From a virus: DNA of 33,305 nucleotides. The notes below the pieces were generated by a model, which was not told where the DNA came from, did no database searches, and saw only the letters and a program-made list of their open reading frames with translations. Shown here piece by piece: positions 30,333 to 33,305 of the stretch. The first letter of the stretch is position 1. Each line of letters opens with the position of its first letter. The stretch spans positions 1 through 33,305 of the IMG/VR virus record IMGVR_UViG_3300020201_000071; one strand, given 5' to 3'. A program made the position numbers and the translations under genes.

Positions 30333-31982
30333 TTATTGGATTAAATTACATCCATGTTCAAAACAATGACTTTTCCGGTAGAAATCGGAACGAACCATCT
30401 TTTTTGCATAGCGAGTCATCACAGCTTTACGTGGAGTAAAGTCTTCTGGAGCAAATATCGTTGGGGTTACGATAAGTGGTACATATGGAGCATAAACATA
30501 ACCAGTTTCAAGGAAGCTTGAACCTTTGTAGCCTACGAGACATACGTTACGTGGGAAGTACGGATCTTTGTAAACCGTAAATCTATTGCTCAATGAACCA
30601 ACTTTCTCAATTCCTAATCCGAATTGGGTTTCTTTTGGATCCATTGAAAGACTTGGCTTATAAAGTTGCGTTGCTTCTAGAATCGTGGCAATATCTGGTG
30701 ATACGACCATGAAGTTAGCTGCACCACGTAGCGTCTTGCGGTGAATTGTGTTTGACACATCAATACAAGTTTCTACGAATACTTCGTACCATTCACGAAC
30801 AGTACCAGTAAATGAACCAGCAACAGCAGCGCCAGTTAACTTATTAACGAAGTCACCTGGTTTACGTGACCAGTACATGGTTGCACCAGTACCGAACGTT
30901 AGAAGCTGGGTTAAGATTTCACGATCAATGTCAAGAGCAATTTGTTCTGACAAGATTTGTGTTAATTCAACTTCTGCATCTAGATTATGATAAGCATTGA
31001 GATCTTGAGCAAGCTCAGGAGTCCATTTTGCTTTCAACTTACGAGCTTCAGCAGTTACAGCTACGCTTGATACTTTGATATCAAGTTCTGGGATAACGTC
31101 GGCTGAGAAATCAGACTCAAACGCTGGAGTATGAACAACACCAGTTGAATCGACAGTTAAGCCAGACTTCGCAACGTATGAAGCAGTAATACCAACACCG
31201 TTAGGTGCAAAACCTACAGCCGATGCTGATACGAATACTCTTAGGATACCAGTTGTGGCATTGTAAGTATTGTGTCTCTTATATAGACCTTTTACCGTAC
31301 CCCATGCAGTAGTTGAACCGGATACTGAGAAGTTCTTAAAGTTGGTTTCATCAATTGAAGCAACTGTTAATGTTGAAGCAGTAAGTGCTACGTCAGCATA
31401 AAACAACGTACCGGCATTGACAGCGCCTGATAGTTCAAAGTCATAATTAACCATCGCCCAAGTAGCAGTACCTGAAGATTGAACTTGTAGGTTTGCTGCA
31501 ACTTGCTCACGGTTTGAGTATGAACTGTTGACGTAGTAATGACCACCTGTTCCAAGATTTTCAGATCCTGGAGCAGTTTGATCACCATAAACTGAACCGC
31601 CACCGGTCCAATCTAATTTGCCACCGCCAGATTTAGCAGTACCAAACGTATAGTCTAAGTAAAACAATAGACCTGATGGTAAGCTCATTGGTTGAACGCT
31701 TACGAGTTCATTTGCAATAAGACCACCGAAAACTCTACGAACGATTGGGAAAGCAATGCTTTGAAAACCCTTGACGTCGCTCGTATCGGAAGCTTCACGT
31801 AGAAGCTCCGCTGCTTGGCTTTCCAAAAGACGAGCCATATTGCTCTTCGCTGGATTGCTCTTTGAGTCTGTTAGATTCTTTAGAAGTCCGGTTTTATCCC
31901 ACTTCTCCATAAGTCTAGCAGATTCTTTGGACATGTTTCTGTCCTTAATTCCTTCTGTTAATGTTGCGAAATCGAATGCCAT
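30333..31982 (-). CDS. major capsid protein (T4 gp23-like)
   Basis: 549 aa intact ORF; NLTDSKSNPAKSNMARLLESQAAELLREAS ... ADVIPELDIKVSSVAVTAEARKLKAKWTPELAQDLNAYHNLDAEVELTQILSEQIALDIDREIL; position after scaffold. Confidence 0.9.
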   Translation of the reverse strand: MAFDFATLTEGIKDRNMSKESARLMEKWDKTGLLKNLTDSKSNPAKSNMARLLESQAAELLREASDTSDVKGFQSIAFPIVRRVFGGLIANELVSVQPMSLPSGLLFYLDYTFGTAKSGGGKLDWTGGGSVYGDQTAPGSENLGTGGHYYVNSSYSNREQVAANLQVQSSGTATWAMVNYDFELSGAVNAGTLFYADVALTASTLTVASIDETNFKNFSVSGSTTAWGTVKGLYKRHNTYNATTGILRVFVSASAVGFAPNGVGITASYVAKSGLTVDSTGVVHTPAFESDFSADVIPELDIKVSSVAVTAEARKLKAKWTPELAQDLNAYHNLDAEVELTQILSEQIALDIDREILTQLLTFGTGATMYWSRKPGDFVNKLTGAAVAGSFTGTVREWYEVFVETCIDVSNTIHRKTLRGAANFMVVSPDIATILEATQLYKPSLSMDPKETQFGLGIEKVGSLSNRFTVYKDPYFPRNVCLVGYKGSSFLETGYVYAPYVPLIVTPTIFAPEDFTPRKAVMTRYAKKMVRSDFYRKSHCFEHGCNLIQ

Positions 31983-32014
31983 AATATTATATATCTCCTA
32001 TTAAAATCTCTTAA

Positions 32015-33232
32015 TTACTCAGTTAAACCTGAAAGTAACTGCCAACGAGCCAATTGACTGTCTGCACCGTTTTCTTGTGCCTTTTCTTCTCTTGACAATG
32101 CTTCTTTTAGCACTGTTGAAGAAGGCGCGGATAAGCGAGACGCTTTTGCTTGACTGGCTTTAACTTTCTTGCTTTCACTCAATACACCAGCGATTTTAAA
32201 TGATTCGCTTAGAGATCTATAAACAAGCTCAACTTCGCGCATATTACCTGCGCGGTCAAAGGCCTCGACTACTGCGATGCGTTGCTTGTCATTGAGTTCT
32301 GATAAATTCAATAATTTGTGCGTAAACAAAAGCTTACTATTGAAAAGGTTAGTTTCTTGCAACTTACCTCTCAAATAACCATATGCTTTCTTATATTCTG
32401 CGTTTTCTTTCTTTAGGGCTTGATTAGCCTTATGAACTTGTACGATATATCTCTTTGCTTCTTTGACAGTCATGTCAGTTGCGGCAGGAGGCATAACGTT
32501 AGACCATTGGTGCTCACCTGATTTTTCATCGGCAATACCTTTGGAACCAGCACCACCGGCATTCTTGATTGTTGCATCTTCTGCATCACCAAAACCTTTT
32601 GTGACGGTAGCTTCTGTTTTGAGGGAGTTTAGAACTTCTTTGAGCGCTTCTTTTAGATCTTCATTGGTTATTTCAACTACCTCTTCTTTAACTTCTTGTA
32701 CATCTGTAGCTTCTAATTCTAAACCTTCTTTTTCCATGTCGTCTTTTTCCTCTTCCTCTTCGGAATCTTCTTCATCTTCTTCTTCTGAATCTTCTTCTTC
32801 TGAATCTTCTTCTTCTGAATCTTCGTCGTCACTTTCTTCTTCTTCGCTATCTTCACCTTTTTTTCCAGCAAATGGATTAGGCTTTGAATCGCTTTCGCCG
32901 TCATCGTCTAAATCCATATCTGCTAAGAAATCAGGAACTTCGTCTTCTTCAGGAGCTGCTTCATACATTTGAGCTTCTGGAGCTAAACTTAAGCCGTGGC
33001 CTAGTTTTGGAGCCGAGTGCTGCTTTGGCATAGCAGGAACTAGCATCATTGGGATGCCTTCTTGCTCTTCTTGATCATCTCCACCTAACGAAATTTCACC
33101 TAACTGCGTTTCAACAAATTCTCTAATCTTTGGGGTCATAGCTTCAACGAGGACATTTTTTGCGTTCTCAATAGCAGTTTGCTTTAAGATTTTCGCGTCC
33201 TGGAATGCTTCTTCTAAAATTGATTTGGCCAT
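32015..33232 (-). CDS. prohead core scaffolding protein (T4 gp22-like)
   Basis: Acidic, helix-rich 405 aa ORF directly upstream of capsid gene; MAKSILEEAFQDAKILKQTAIENAKNVLVEAM; long EEDSEE tract. Confidence 0.75.
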   Translation of the reverse strand: MAKSILEEAFQDAKILKQTAIENAKNVLVEAMTPKIREFVETQLGEISLGGDDQEEQEGIPMMLVPAMPKQHSAPKLGHGLSLAPEAQMYEAAPEEDEVPDFLADMDLDDDGESDSKPNPFAGKKGEDSEEEESDDEDSEEEDSEEEDSEEEDEEDSEEEEEKDDMEKEGLELEATDVQEVKEEVVEITNEDLKEALKEVLNSLKTEATVTKGFGDAEDATIKNAGGAGSKGIADEKSGEHQWSNVMPPAATDMTVKEAKRYIVQVHKANQALKKENAEYKKAYGYLRGKLQETNLFNSKLLFTHKLLNLSELNDKQRIAVVEAFDRAGNMREVELVYRSLSESFKIAGVLSESKKVKASQAKASRLSAPSSTVLKEALSREEKAQENGADSQLARWQLLSGLTE

Positions 33233-33305
33233 TAAAAAATTCTCCTAAATTACTTAAATTATAAAATAAATATAAATATCAACCTCAAAAAGAATTATTA
33301 TTACT

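Noticed and set aside
31388-31603. Nested minus-strand ORFs 31388..31603 and 32719..32904
   Set aside because: Contained within the capsid and scaffold genes in another frame; no independent support.
572-33000. Plus-strand ORFs in the supplied track (e.g. 572..817, 3190..3405, 11061..11276, 18832..19080, 27634..27951, 32463..32972)
   Set aside because: All are antisense to well supported minus-strand genes, with low-complexity or implausible proteins; likely spurious.
1-33305. A tRNA gene in this window that could decode CGGN
   Set aside because: No tRNA-like sequence was recognised by eye; gaps between genes are too short. The decoder, if phage-encoded, must lie outside this window.

Overview
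This window is a structural operon of a large, AT-rich, T4-related myovirus. Essentially every credible gene lies on the minus strand. Reading from high to low coordinates: scaffold/core, major capsid protein, free-standing EDxHD-type homing endonuclease, internal capsid proteins with T4-like N-terminal capsid-targeting tags, neck proteins, trypsin-like protease, fibers, glycosidase-like protein, tail sheath, tail tube, hub assembly protein, tape measure, baseplate proteins. The main finding is that many obvious single genes are split by +1 frameshifts. I located 17 such sites in 14 genes, and every one falls exactly on an in-phase CGG codon. Skipping the C (or reading CGGN as one quadruplet) restores the frame each time, and the restored codon is always GGN (Gly). 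I scanned the reconstructed genes by eye for CGG (ccg on the + strand). CGG is common in the two other phases but I found no in-phase CGG that is read through normally, including in the capsid, sheath, scaffold and endonuclease genes. A phase-dependent pattern of this kind does not fit random sequencing error. It suggests a recoded genetic code in which CGG is an obligate +1 frameshift codon, or CGGN is a quadruplet codon, probably for glycine. All counts were made by eye without tools and should be recomputed.
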